Counted from the first letter of the stretch, positions 24,519-38,290 are shown. The stretch is DNA of 64,000 bases from Octopus bimaculoides (GCF_001194135.2 NC_069007.1:12183163-12247162); one strand, 5' to 3'. Program-made: numbers and translations. Notes: a model not told the origin generated them from the letters alone.

Positions 24519-24566
<48 letters not shown>

Positions 24567-25718
24567 AACACACACATGCATGCACCTGTGTGTGCGTGTG
24601 TTTGCTACAAGCATGGAACTCTGTTAGTCTAAGTAGATAGGTGTGGAGTAAAGTTGAATGGAGAGTTAGAGAGATGAGGTAGGAGGCAAAAAAAAAAGGT
24701 GAGAGATAGAGAGAGGGAGAGAGAGAGATAAATGTATTTATATAGAGAGAAAATATATGTATATATATACAGAGGGAGAGAGAGCAAGAGAGATAATAGC
24801 AACAGAGGTAAAGAAAGATAGTGATAAATTAGAGAGAAATATTAAGAGACAGGAAAAGAAGGAGAAAGAGAGAGGAAGAGAGAGTAAGGGAAAGAGGAAG
24901 AGAGAGTAAGGGAAAGAGGAAGAGAGAGAAAGAGAAGCAATTTAGCTCAGTTGCAATTTAAGCGAAATCCTTAAAGTGCATGCACTTCAAATAATTTCAC
25001 ATGTTGATTCAGAATTATTGGTGGAGACGGTGGTTCTAGTGACCAATCTCGGGGCTAAATACAAGGGGTTGGGGGTAGGGGTAGAGGGTGTGTTTTGTTT
25101 TGTTTTGGTTTTTTATTCCCTTTCTAATGCTTTTAATTTCTCAAAACTGGCAGATCTGTGTGTGCATGCCTAGGTGTACATGTGTGTGCATGTGTCTACT
25201 ATATATGCATGTACATGTCTTTTATATGCGTGCATGTCTGTGTGCATTTATGTGAATGCATACGCCATCATGTGTGCATGTGTGTGTGTGTGTGAGTGAG
25301 TGCATGTCTGATTCCAACTACAAAGATATTTGTTTTCTGAACTGCTTTCAACTGGTTTTTGGTGAATCTGTGTATGTATATGTATTTGCATATATACATC
25401 ACCGTCTCTATGTACTTATATGCATGTGTATATATGTATGTGTGTGTGTTTATACATATATAGTTGTTTATATATGTACATGCATACAAATGTATGTGTA
25501 TACATATATGCCCATATTTTTGTGTACATATGTGTTTTTATGTACGCTTGTTATGTTACATTCTTCATTATTGGAATTTGGAATTCTTCTGATAAACAAG
25601 TAACTGGTTCCTGACCAAGAAACAAACCACCATCATAGAATTTAGATAACAATAACAGACAAGAGTTACATGTCAAACTTTAGAAAAGTCTTGTATATTT
25701 TCACTGTTCCACTTACAG

Positions 25719-25732
25719 ATTTTATTTGTAAG
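25719..25732 (+). CDS. Candidate 14-nt microexon (ILFV-R)
   Basis: Strong acceptor TATTTTCACTGTTCCACTTACAG and donor AG|GTATGT. Phase 0->2 links 16447 to 43568 in frame. Confidence 0.4.
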
Positions 25733-25824
25733 GTATGTGTGTGTTAATGGGTCAGTATCCTTTTACCTGAAAATCACAGCTTTTTCAGATTATCACAGAC
25801 ATTTACTAACATAACCACTTATTT

Positions 25825-26060
25825 GTTTGTGTGTGTGTGTCTGTGTTTGTCCCCCACCACTGCTTTGATAACTGGTGTTGGTGTGTTTACATCCTTGTAA
25901 CCAAGCAGTTTAGCTAAAGAGATCGATACAATAATTACCAGGTTTTTAAAAAATCAAGTGTTGGCGTTGATTGATTCGTCTAAAAATTCTAAAATTCTTC
26001 AAGGTGGCGCTCCAGTATGGTCGCAGTCTAATAACTGAAACAGGTAAAAAAAGAAAGAGA
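25825..26060 (+). mobile_element. SINE family A, 3' half
   Basis: GTTTGTCCCCCACCAC...GGTGGCGCTCCAGTATGGTCGCAGTC. Confidence 0.8.
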
Positions 26061-26489
26061 AAATTCTTTTTCTTATTTATTTTAAAAGAAAACTTTATGT
26101 TGCTCGGGCAACTGACCTCTATAACTGCATTATTTTGGTTTCCTGCCCCAAACAGTTATATGAGGCCATGTTCACCTTCCATTTGACAAAACTTTCCATA
26201 GAAACGGTCCATGAATATTCTTTGTATTGAAACTTATGAATAGGTGTTCATGTAGGTATGTCTGTATGTATGTGTAAATATGTGTGAGTGTGTGTGTGTG
26301 CGTGTGTGCTTATGTACGTGTGGGTGTTTGTGTGTGTATGTTACATGAATGCTGGGTTATTAGATTTTCTTTTCTTCTTTGTTGATGGTGAGGTGTGATT
26401 TGACGATTTGGCTGCTATTTCTTGCAAATTGACCAACGACATAGAAGTTCTTACATAAGGCTCATGCACATATGTCTGTGTGCATAAGT

Positions 26490-28005
26490 ATCATCATCTC
26501 CATCATCAACATCATCTTTTAACGTCTGTTTTTTCATGCTGGCATGGGTTGGAAGGCTTGATGAGAGCTGGCAAGCCGGAGAGCTGCACCAGGTTCCTGT
26601 CTTATTGACTCGGTTTCTATGACTGGATGCCCTTCCTCATGCCAACCACTTTACAAAATGTGGACAGGTGCTTTTTGCATGACACTGGCATGGCTGCCTG
26701 CTATGTGGCCCTTCACAGGTGCTTTTCATAAGGCTCATCCCAAGGCTCTTACAGGGCAAACACCCCTTCAGCTGGGGGATAGGGGATTAACACTTCTGCT
26801 GTGGAGGGTAGGTTTTCTTGAATACAGCAAGGTACCAGATGTCTCAGTCCATTGTCACCTCTTTCAGAAGGCTCAGTGTCCAGAAGTCGGCCCTCATTAC
26901 TTTGTCCCATGTATTCTTGGGTCCCCCACTTCCACAAGTTTCATCCACTTTCACAGCTCGGCACTTCTTTATCCAACTCTCCTCATCCATACACATCACA
27001 TGACCAAACCAGCACAGTCTTCTCTTTTGCGCACTGCATCTAATTCTTCTCATGCCTAACCTTTCACTCAAAACACCCTGTTACACATGTACACTTAAAC
27101 TGCAAATTCAGCAAAGTATACTAACCTTATTCCTCTCTAACCTTCACATGTCCTGTGCATTCAGGGCCCACATCTCACTACCATGTAGTATTGCTGCCTG
27201 TATACATGCATCATACATACTTCATTTCACTTGGAAAGCAAGACCTTTTGTTTCCAACAGTGGGATAAGGTCTTTGAATTTTCTCCATCCTATTCTTATT
27301 CTTGCAATTAATATTTCTGTACATCCACTCCCCACTACTAGTTAGGTACCCTAGGTAGCAGAAATTATCTACCACCTCTAAAGAGCCTCCAATATCCTGA
27401 GTATCTGTAGTTTTTATGACTCCTGTGAATCTTCCATAGATGGACACTATTTTCTCTGATAACCTTCCTATTATTCCACTGCATCTCTTGTGTATCCATA
27501 ACTTGCACCGGGTACACTGTATGGAATTCTTGACTACACCTTTTCTACATATCAAGCAGGACCATTTACCTGATGAAGGAATGGTCTTCTATGTTTTCTT
27601 GCTTATTGGAACCTTATTCTATGCTAAGTTAACCTTAAGGCACTTTGACTCCAGGTTTTGCTTTTACACCTGGAATTTCTTTTCTAATTCTGCTACAGAA
27701 TCTGCTAAAAGAGCAAGATTATCAGGATATAAAAGTTCCCAGGGGGCAGCCAGTCTTAAATCCTTCTGTTATGGCCTGGAGGACAATGATGAATAGAAGA
27801 GGACTGAGAACCAAACCCTGATGCATGCCTATCTGTGTACTAAATTCATCACTGTACTCATGGTTAATGCTCACCTTACTGACAGAACCCCTGTACATGT
27901 TTTAAACAGTTTCCACAAGCCTTTCCTCTACCCCTAAGCTCCCTGAATGCTGGGGTGTAATTATACTATGACATCACAATATTGGGTACTCTGCAATGTC
28001 TTTAA
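26490..28005 (-). mobile_element. 5'-truncated, decayed RTE-clade LINE (RT, PHD-like finger, C-terminus, family-D-like 3' tail)
   Basis: HQGLVLSPLLFIIVLQAIT..GCPWELLYPDNL (YADD decayed), CLICRKGVVKNSIQCTRCKLWIHKRCSG, LEVVDNFCYLG, RRLCWFGHVMCMDE..GGPKNTW. Contains stops and frameshifts. Confidence 0.9.
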
Positions 28006-28014
28006 TAATAATAA

Positions 28015-28230
28015 TAATCCTTTTTATTATAGGCACAAAGCCTGAAATTTGGTGGAGGGGAATAGTCGATTACATCGACCCTAGTACTCGACTGGTACTT
28101 AATTTATCGACCCTGAGAGGATGATAAGAACAGTTGACCCTGGCGGAATTTGAACTCAGAACGTAGTGACAGGAAAAATACTGCTAAGCATTTCGTCCAG
28201 CGTGCTAACAATTCTGCCAGCTCACCATCT
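28015..28230 (-). mobile_element. SINE family B
   Basis: Matches the other B copies. Confidence 0.85.
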
Positions 28231-28680
28231 TGTCTTCAATAATAATGATGATGGTGATGGTGATGGTGATGATGATATCATCATAGGAGACGTTATGATA
28301 ATGAGATCATCACGAGAGGCTTAATTTGGGCCAAAGTTTTCTCTCCCACCCCACCACTTTATACACATCTTCTTGTCTGCCTTATCAACACATCAGCCAA
28401 AGACACACAAGTGGAGTGTGATATTTGCCAAAGATTTCCTGCTAACATTTACAGTTTAGAAGACAGGAAGAAGAGCAGCAACAACAACACTAATTGAAAA
28501 AAAAACAAACAAACAGAAGCAACAATACTTTACAACAACAGGTCTACATAGGTCATCACTTGAGTCGCTAGAAATAGCAGCTAAAGCTATGTGTAGTAAC
28601 TGAGTTGATCATAAGGGAAGGATACCTTAGATAATTTAGATGATATATATATATATATCAGGGGCAGCTGTATGGTAGTT

Positions 28681-29008
28681 GCAGGAGTGGTTGTGTGGTA
28701 AGAAGCTTGCTTCCCAACCACATGGTTGTTGGTTCAGTCCCACTGTGTGGCGCCTTGGGCCAACCATCGCACATATATATATATATATATATGTGTGTGT
28801 TTATGTATGTGTCTGTGTTAGTCCCCCCTCACCACCACCACCATTGCTTGTTGGTGTGTTTATGTCCCCGTAACTTAGTGGTTCAGCTAAAGAGATTCAT
28901 AGAATAAGTATTTGGCTTAGAAAGAATAAATCCTGGGGTTGATTTGTTCAACTAAAGGTGGTGCTCCAGCATAGCTGCAGTCAAATGACTGAAACAAGTA
29001 AAGGAATA
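28681..29008 (+). mobile_element. SINE family A with internal deletion
   Basis: Head and tail present; the GCCTTGTGAGTGGATTTGG segment is missing. Confidence 0.85.
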
Positions 29009-29049
29009 TAAATATATATATAAAGGAATATGTATATATATTTATATGT

Positions 29050-29100
<51 letters not shown>

Positions 29101-29129
29101 CGTGTGTGTGTGTAATATAAGTATCTATG

Positions 29130-29465
29130 TGCCAGTGTCACATAAATGGTTTGTAAAAAGCACCCTTTGAACTTTGGGCCTCATGGAGGCAGTGACAAAT
29201 GACTGAGACCTTTGGAAATATGCCATGCTTGAGAAGACATGTTGAACCAAATGAGATCATAGTCGTGGCCGATGCTGGTGTTTCGTAACTGGTGTCCATG
29301 CCAGTGGCATGTGAAAAGCACCCACTACACTCTTGGAGTGGTTGACATTAGGAAGGGCATCCAGCCATAGAAACCTTGCTAAATCCGATTGGAACATGGT
29401 GCAGCTTACCATCCGACCATCATAGAAAATGGACATTAAATTATGATGATGATGACGATGATGAC
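29130..29465 (+). mobile_element. Family D long variant with (GAT)n tail
   Basis: AAGCACCCACTACACTCTTGGAGTGGTTGACATTAGGAAGGGCATCCAG. Confidence 0.8.
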
Positions 29466-29476
29466 ATCTATATATA

Positions 29477-30823
29477 TACTAGCAAACACACCTGTCCTTT
29501 GGATCGTTTCAGTTGCTTTGGTGGTATTTTTTTCACCAAATAATTAAACTACGAAGAAGGTTTATGAGTAGTACAGCAATCTATGTTTCTGATTAACCTA
29601 GGAACAGAAAATCAAATTGAAGGCTGATTGTTGTGGAGGTCATTGCACTTTAATGATCATAGAATATATAAGTTTGCAAGTGATGCAAAGTAGAGCTAGT
29701 GAAGTACTTTGGAAGTAGATTACGGATAATGATTACAAAATACAGTTACCTTACATGAAAGTGAAATTTCTTGTCAGAAACAGCCACATAAATGGTGTAA
29801 GAAAATTGAAGGAAGACGTTGAAACTTCTCCTCTTGAGTTTATTTTTTTCCAACAGCAAAGGGAGCTATTGTTTCGGAGAGATAACCTAACAAAATCCCC
29901 TTTATTCTGTCTTCTCACATAGCCTGCGCATAAACAGTGAATGCTGCATAAAATTAAATTGGTATGGAGCTTTCTGAAAGATACGTATAGCTTTTGCTAG
30001 TGGAAGCAAAACTTTTATTTAAAGGTTGATTGTTTGGGATGAATCATATATGATTGTTTCAAAAAGGCTAGAATGACAATGTTGAAACGTATCTGAAACA
30101 ATGGACAACAGACGAAATCTCATAATGGATGGGTAAATAAGCATCCTTGAAGTGAAACAACACATTGGTAGATAAACAAAGGTATCGACAAATAGAAGAG
30201 AGGGAAGAGAACATCAACTAACTCAGAATAGGTAAAGGTAAGCTTGCCAAGGTTTAATGCAGTTTAAATATGGAGATTAAGATTCTTTGGTATTGGATAT
30301 TCATCATGTACAGTGTCCTGAGTCAATTGAATCACCATCGTAGGCGGACAGCGGAAATAAGTATAGAAAATCCTTTCACTTTTATATAAAGATTAAAAAG
30401 TATGGAAGACCCTACACACAAAACAACTATGTCCATTTAGGTTCATTTATGCAGTAATTCTGGACAAAATGTTTAGTACATGACTGTCCTTAGGACAGAA
30501 GTAATGTGTATGTAAAGTTTGGTGAAAATCGGTTGAGAATTGTGGAAATGTATGCGTTCAGTGTCCCCAATCAATTTAATCACCATTGCTGGTGGACAGT
30601 GGAATTAAATGAATAGACAAAATCCTTTCACTTTTATAAAAAGATTGAAAAAGTATGGAAGACCCTACATACAAAAGACTACGTCCATTTACCTCCATTT
30701 ACATGTAAGCTCTGGGCAAAATATAGTACATGATCATCCTTGTGACATAAGTAATGTGTGTAAAGTTTGGTGAAGATCGTTAGTCATTATACACACACAA
30801 ACTGATTTATATATTCTAATTAG
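29477..30823 (+). mobile_element. Helitron-like element with Pif1 helicase relic and internal ~250-bp tandem duplication
   Basis: 30026-30052 translates to LIVWDESYM (Pif1 motif II), preceded by LLVEAKL. ACTAGC..CCTGTCCTTTGG start; AAAGTTTGGTGAAAATCGG subterminal motif occurs twice. Confidence 0.55.
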
Positions 30824-30904
30824 TATATATATACTAATGTATATATATATATATATTTGTATGTGTATGTATGTATTTGCATAGGTTTATGTGTGTGTGT
30901 TTTT

Positions 30905-31082
30905 ATGTCTGCTTGAAAACTAGTGTTGGTATGTTTACTTCTCCCTGACCTAGTGGTTCAGCAAATGAGACCGATAAATTAAGTAATGCCAGTCTTAAAA
31001 TAAGATAAGTACCAGGTGTGATTTGTTCGACTAAAACTCCTCCAGCATGGCCACTGTCTAATGACTGAAGTAAGTAAAAGAC
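30905..31082 (+). mobile_element. SINE family A, degenerate 3' half
   Basis: CCAGCATGGCCACTGTCTAATGACTGAAG. Confidence 0.7.
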
Positions 31083-33274
31083 AAGTGCTAAATAGCGATA
31101 TTTACATTGGTTCCAATAGAATGGTATGTCATGGATGGATTTATTCCATATGAGCTACAACAGTAATATAGTAACAACCATATGAAAGCCACAACTGACA
31201 TTCAACCTGCTAAAAATAGCAGCCAAATCTTTGTCACAACTGTGCAACATGGCCACCACTACTGTAACTACAACACTACCACCGAAACTGCAACACTCCT
31301 CTCACCACTTCCACAACTACCACCTCTGCAATTGTCACTGCACAGTTCCTCGATGTCTTTGAATTTTTCTTCAGTAAAATGTCACAACAAACGCACACTT
31401 CCTCTGTCCGCCTGCCTGCCCGNNNNNNNNNNNNNNNNNNNNNNNNNNNNNNNNNNNNNNNNNNNNNNNNNNNNNNNNNNNNNNNNNNNNNNNNNNNNNN
31501 NNNNNNNNNNNNNNNNNNNNNNNNNNNNNNNNNNNNNNNNNNNNNNNNNNNNNNNNNNNNNNNNNNNNNNNNNNNNNNNNNNNNNNNNNNNNNNNNNNNN
31601 NNNNNNNNNNNNNNNNNNNNNNNNNNNNNNNNNNNNNNNNNNNNNNNNNNNNNNNNNNNNNNNNNNNNNNNNNNNNNNNNNNNNNNNNNNNNNNNNNNNN
31701 NNNNNNNNNNNNNNNNNNNNNNNNNNNNNNNNNNNNNNNNNNNNNNNNNNNNNNNNNNNNNNNNNNNNNNNNNNNNNNNNNNNNNNNNNNNNNNNNNNNN
31801 NNNNNNNNNNNNNNNNNNNNNNNNNNNNNNNNNNNNNNNNNNNNNNNTATATATATATATATATGTATGTATATATATATATGTATATTTATCACAGATT
31901 ACACACATTTTAATGTCTATAAAATTCCTTATTCCTGTTATGTGGGTGTATGAGTGGATGATATATTTTCATATATATAACCACATATGCAAAACACACA
32001 CTTGCACACACACACACACGCACACATGCTCCAGTATGAAATATCTTCATATTGATCAACACCCACACAAATCTGTGATTGAAGTGATTTTTCTCTTCTT
32101 GTGTAACTGTATTGATTTTATTTCACTCATAGCTGCTTTCTCTCTGTGTTGGCTTCGATTTTTCTACAGCTTTTGCACATATACACCGACACATACACAC
32201 ACCTACAGCTTTTGCATATATACACCTACACATACACACACCTACACAGCTGTATGTGTACATACATGCACATCTGTATACATATACATACACGCATTCA
32301 TGCACACACAACACACCTACATACATATGATTGTGTACATAAGCGCACATCTGACTATATATATATATATACATAGATATATATACATAGATACAGACAT
32401 ATCAGACACATAGACACGTATATCAAACATACATTGGCACATGTGTGTGTGTGAATATGTGTACATCTACATACATACACGCTCATCAAATATACGCACA
32501 TATATTGATACACAACACATAAACACACACATTCATACATACATAGTGCAAACACACATCACATATACATCTATACACATAGATATAAATACATACACAT
32601 ATATACTCATACATGCCCATGCCTACATAAACAACACATGCACACAATGCGAATACACACACACACACACATACATGAATTCAAAGCAGTAATTAGGCAA
32701 AAAAGAGCACAATACATGTTTTTAAATAACTTTATTATTGTTATAACCTTTAATGTGGTAGCATCTCCCCTTGATTGATGTTAATCCCACATGTTTTTGT
32801 AATTTTTTTTTTTTTTTGTGCTGTAACTCATCTGTCGATATTGTCCGCCATGTCTTGGACCCTTGTGGCCAATAAAAGGAATCATTATTTTCATTATCAT
32901 TATTATTATTATTATTATTTACTTTTAATCTACATGTTTGTTACAACCACTCGCTGAGATACACCCAGCATCCTAGGGTGAGTGAAGGATAAGAGATGTA
33001 CGACTGAAAGCTTGTGGGGGGCAAGCAACGAAATATCTTCATGTAATACAACACATTTAAATTGATAGGGTTTTTTCTAAGGATATGAGCTGTACTTGTC
33101 AGTATAATCTTTTAGATTTCTCTGAGATATGATTCTCCTGGGATATTATCTAGATGTCTCTGAGATCCCTTTCTTATCATACTGAGGGTGCCCACAATTA
33201 CAGGAACAGTTCTCCCTTTAAGATGCTATGTATTTTGTATTTCAAAGTTCTTGCTATTAAGATGCCTCATCTTG

Positions 33275-33326
<52 letters not shown>

Positions 33327-33354
33327 TTTTATTATTATTGCTATTATTATCATC

Positions 33355-33790
33355 ATTGGGTGAGAAAGCAGTGCATGCCATCAAAGTGACACTGGGGTAC
33401 AAATATACAAAGCCCAGTATACCTATCATGACTACCTGTCTGATAAGGGTGCACCAGGCACATGCATCACAACCATATGTGCGCAACATGGTGATCTCAT
33501 ATCAAGGTAAACAGTGCATGACTTTGCAAGTAGGGCTCAGTTAGAATTTTCTTCAGCTCGAGTAGCCCATCCTGCTCAAGAGATCCCTGAATGAAGGTTA
33601 CTTAAGGATGATGAACGAAACACCCGTGTTCCCAGAGGTGAATTATTCAAACCCCAAAGAATTCCTCTCAACACATGGCTGTGATGCTCCCCACTACTTC
33701 TGCTTGTGATCAGAGATGCACCTATCATCAGCCACTGAGGGACATGCTCAACTGGTTAAGGTCAAACAACTGACAAGCAAATCTGTGGTA
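33355..33790. mobile_element. Dispersed repeat, probably LINE-derived, unclassified
   Basis: 33640-33760 is the reverse complement of 10620-10715 within this window. Confidence 0.55.
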
Positions 33791-33908
33791 TTGAGCTGAA
33801 CATTTGCTCATCTTTTATACCAAGACAAAACAATGTACATGATAACACTTCCAGTTATTATTGTCATTATTATTATTGTTATCATTATTATTATTGTTGT
33901 TATTATTA

Positions 33909-34575
33909 TTAGCACGCCGGGTAAAATACCTAACAGCTTTTCATATGACTCTATGTTCTGAGTTCAAATTCCGCTGAGGTCAACTTTTCCTTTCATCCAT
34001 TCAGGGTTGATAAATTAAGTACCAGTAGTACACTGGGGTTATTGTATTCAACTTGTCTTCTCCCCTGAAATTTCAGGCATTGTGCATTTAGTAGAAATTA
34101 TTATTATTATTAATAATAATTATCGTTATCATCAAGGTGGTGAGCTGGCAGAATCATTAACATGCTGGCTGAAATGCTTAGTGGTATTTCACCTGTTGTT
34201 CTATTCTGAGTTCAAATTCCACCGAGGTTGACTTTGCCTTTCATCTTTTTGGGGTTGAGTACCATCCTTTTGGGGTGAAGTACCAGTTGAACACTGGGGT
34301 CAATGTAATCGACTCATCCGCTTCCCCAAAATTGGTGCCCTTGTGACAAAATTTGAAATTGTTAGCTCGCTGGCGGAACCGTTAGCACGCTGGACGAAAT
34401 GCTTAGCGGTATTTTACCCATCACTACATTCTGAGTTCAAATTCTGCCAAGGTCAACTTTGCCTTTCATCCTTTCAGGGTCAATTAAATAAGTATCAGTA
34501 ACATACTGGGGACGATGTCATTGACTTAATCCCTTCCCCCAAACTTGAGACCTTGTGCTTTTAGTAGAAAGGATT
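33909..34575 (+). mobile_element. Three tandem SINE family B copies (33909-34098, 34134-34358, 34365-34575)
   Basis: Each has CTGAGTTCAAATTC..GTCAACTTT..CCTTTCATC..CTGGGG. Confidence 0.85.
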
Positions 34576-34807
34576 ATTATTATTATTATTAGTATTATTA
34601 TTCTTTTATGTTTGACTTTTGGTTTGTATTTGTACAAGTTGGCTCCAAGTCTCATCCAGAGATCTCAAGAGACAAGTCAGAAGTTCAAGTTGGTGTTATG
34701 CCTAGGGTGCCATATATTTGGTTTTGCACAATGTATTGTTCAAGAGAATGTTTAAGGAAGTATAAGAAAATTGTAAGTTTGTCTTATAATTTGAGATTAC
34801 ATAGACA

Positions 34808-34861
<54 letters not shown>

Positions 34862-35828
34862 GTCATCATCATCATCATTATTATTATCATTAGCTGATAG
34901 TAACAATGTCACATTATCACTCAGAGGTTCAGAAATTATTGGTTCATCAGGTATTGTAGCAAAATGATCTGGGTATTTATGTAATGCCTCATTACAATTA
35001 ATTACTACAGCAATTATAATTACTGTTGACTATTCTATTGCTATATTTTAAATGGTAAGCATTGATTATTATTGATGGAAAGAAAATGAGTGATGTGTAG
35101 GTATGAGATCTATACCTAAACTGGATGGTATGTAGAGGTGGTTTATAATTGAGGTGTTTATATAGATAGTTGATTAATTAATTGCGTGTAAAGGCAATTC
35201 AGTAATGTGATTTTCTTAAAAGAACTGTGAAAAAATGCCTATAATATTTTGAATTTTTAATATGAGAGTGGTAGGCTAGAGAAGGTCAAACAAGCGTTAT
35301 CATCTTTTATGGTGGTTGTTAATTGGGGATATTTTTCTTTTTTCTCAGAAATGATTATATTGGTAAAAAAATCTGTGTATTTCAATACAAATCTTCTCAT
35401 GGGTGAAATTATATCAATTTAGTTTGTTTAGTCAATATTTAGCATAATATTCAAGTATAAATAATTTTGAAGTGTACACAACTGACAGGAGGTATCAGGT
35501 TGTGAAAGCTATTTGTGATTGAGAAATTTAAGCCTAGGCATTGTCATAAGGCTGATTGTTATGATTCTGTATTGCATATAACTGAGAAGAGACATCTGGA
35601 TGGTAAAAGCACCAAATCATTGGCTCATGCAAGAATTCATTTCCACTTTGTACGTCATTAAGAAGCAATAAAATGTAATCATTAATGAACTGACATACAT
35701 TATACACACTCATGTATATACAACATTGTGCATCCATACATAGATATGTAAATATACACACACACAAACACACACATATATATATATTTATATCTGTGCT
35801 TGTGCATATATGTTTGTTTGTGTGTGTT

Positions 35829-35907
<79 letters not shown>

Positions 35908-36074
35908 NNNNNNNNNNNNNNNNNNNNNNNNNNNNNNNNNNNNNNNNNNNNNNNNNNNNNNNNNNNNNNNNNNNNNNNNNNNNNNNNNNNNNNNNNNNNN
36001 NNNNNNNNNNNNNNNNNNNNNNNNNNNNNNNNNNNNNNNNNNNNNNNNNNNNNNNNNNNNNNNNNNNNNNNNNN

Positions 36075-36138
<64 letters not shown>

Positions 36139-36714
36139 CCATATACATATATATGCACATGTGTGTATGTATATTGGGTACCCTAACCATTTTCTATAAT
36201 TTTTGATGTTCCCTGTCCAATTAATCATTACAGTCTCATCTTTAATTAGTCGTTTCACCAATTTACTTCATTTATGTCTCAGTTAAAATGAACATTCCTC
36301 CATAGAACTTTCTTTCGAATCAAAGGAAAACATTGGAATGGCAGGCAGTTGGTGGGTGGGGAATGATTAATGTAACGAGGTTGACGGAATAAATTAGTGT
36401 GGTGGGAGGAGGAAGACGGAGGAGGAGGATGACGACAATGATGGTGATGACAAGGATGTTCGTGATGAAGACAGCGTCGATGGCAATGACATCTGTTGTG
36501 ACAATGCAGGAGCGAGAGGTGATTGATGATGAAACGAACCTCAATATTTCACTAGTACTTTATTTTATCGACCCCACCCCCAAAAGAAAGGAACATAATG
36601 TTAACCTCGGCAGGATTTGAACTCAGAATGTAAAGTTTCAGATCAAACACCACCAATTATTATTTCCTGATTCTCTAACAATTCTTACTGAGCTTGACAT
36701 GTCTTCTCAAGCGG

Positions 36715-36900
36715 AGCAAATCACCAGAAGTCTCAGTTACTTGTGCTCGTCTCCATAAGACTCAACAACCGAAGATCATATTTCAGTACCTCATCCCATG
36801 TCTTCCTGAGTCTACTTCTTCCACAGGCTCCCTCCACAATTAGAGATCACCACTTCTTTATGCAGTTTGCCTCATCCCTACACATCACATGACCAGGCTT
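36715..36900 (-). mobile_element. RTE LINE C-terminal fragment
   Basis: GHVMCRDEANCIKK..VEGACGRSRLRKTWDEVLKYDL. Confidence 0.75.
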
Positions 36901-37057
36901 CTTGCAGTTTCTGTATATCTCCCAGCCCCTAAAGGATGGAAGGCAAGGCTGACTTCAGTAGGGCTTGAACTCAAAACATAAAAATGAAATACCACAGGAT
37001 ATTTCGTTCAATGCTCCAAAGCTTCTACCATTTCACTTCCAAGAAAACAGATTTATT

Positions 37058-37283
37058 TAACGAGCTGGCAGAATCGTTAGCACGCTGGGCGAAATGCTTA
37101 GCGGTATTTCATCTGCCATTACGTTCTGAGTTCAAATTCTGCCAGTCGACTTTCCTTTCATCCTTTCGGGAGTCAATAAATTAAGTACCAGTTATGCACT
37201 GGGGTCGATATAATTGACTTAATCCTTTTGTCTGTCCTTGTTTGTCCCCTCTATGTTTAGCCACTTGTGGGCAATAAAGAAAT
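37058..37283 (+). mobile_element. SINE family B with perfect 17-bp TSD
   Basis: AAGAAAACAGATTTATT at 37041-37057 and 37284-37300. Confidence 0.93.
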
Positions 37284-37554
37284 AAGAAAACAGATTTATT
37301 AACAGTCGTTAATTATAATTCATATTGTATCATTTTTATATATTTACATATATCTTTGTTAATATATATTTATATACATTTCATGATATATATTTATATA
37401 CATTTTATAATATATATTTATATGAATTTTATGATATATATTTGTATATTTTAGAATGAAATTCTAAAAATATCATTCTGAAATAAGAAGTGACAAACAC
37501 AATATCACATCTGAAAGTGAAAGTATTTTTAAAAAATAAAAAATGTAAACTAGG

Positions 37555-38290
37555 TTATGCCTGAGTGATAACATTTTTCCCGAAGTAGCTGCGCTCAGCT
37601 TCTACCACAATCTCAGGATGGCTCCAGAACCTGGCGCATGTATTCCTCACTGTGTCCATGATGAGAACTTCAAACAGCTCCTTGATCTTGACCATTAGTT
37701 TGGCCTTGGTGTTGCTGGCATTGAGATTGATGTATTTCTCACCCATGCCCAACACATAGTAATCCATGGGATTGCAATCAGGGAATTTAGGAAGGTAGAA
37801 ATTGGAGCTGGTGAAGTAGTAGAAATTTTCTGACAACCACTTCTGATCCAAGTGGACCACTTCCAAAAGTCTGGCAAGGAGTTGATTCCTGCTGCTACAC
37901 ATTCTCCAGCTACAATCCTCTTGAGCCAAGGTTTGACCAGTCTCCAACAATTCCACATCACCGTTTGAATTGAGCCTAAGGTCTTTTTCAAAGATGTGGG
38001 CTGGCATGGTATCACCCCTGCTGGAGACACACCCAGAGACCATCTCAGTTTGGGTGAACTTGGTTTTCATGATGTCCATGTCACATCTCACATCTCCTAC
38101 ATTGGTCACATGGCAGCAGTTACGATGTCAACACTTTGATACCTGACATGAGTCATCCTGACACAGGTAACTCTTTTCCATTATTCAGATCGCTTCCAGT
38201 CCTCCATGTCAGCTAACTACAACTTTAATCTTCATGCTCTCCAACGCTGTTGACTGTTCAACCAGATATCAAGCTGTTCCTGAAAAATGG
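37555..38290 (-). mobile_element. Tc1/mariner (maT/DD37D-like) transposase relic, catalytic and C-terminal part
   Basis: KTKFTQTEMVSGCVS..GDTMPAHIF..QKWLSENFY...FPDCNPMDYYV..EKYIN..NTKAKL. Frameshifted; TIRs not seen. Confidence 0.8.

Noticed and set aside
25717-25766. - strand AG..GTAAGT 50-nt exon
   Set aside because: Closed in all three frames; its donor is simply the reverse complement of the + strand acceptor CTTACAG.
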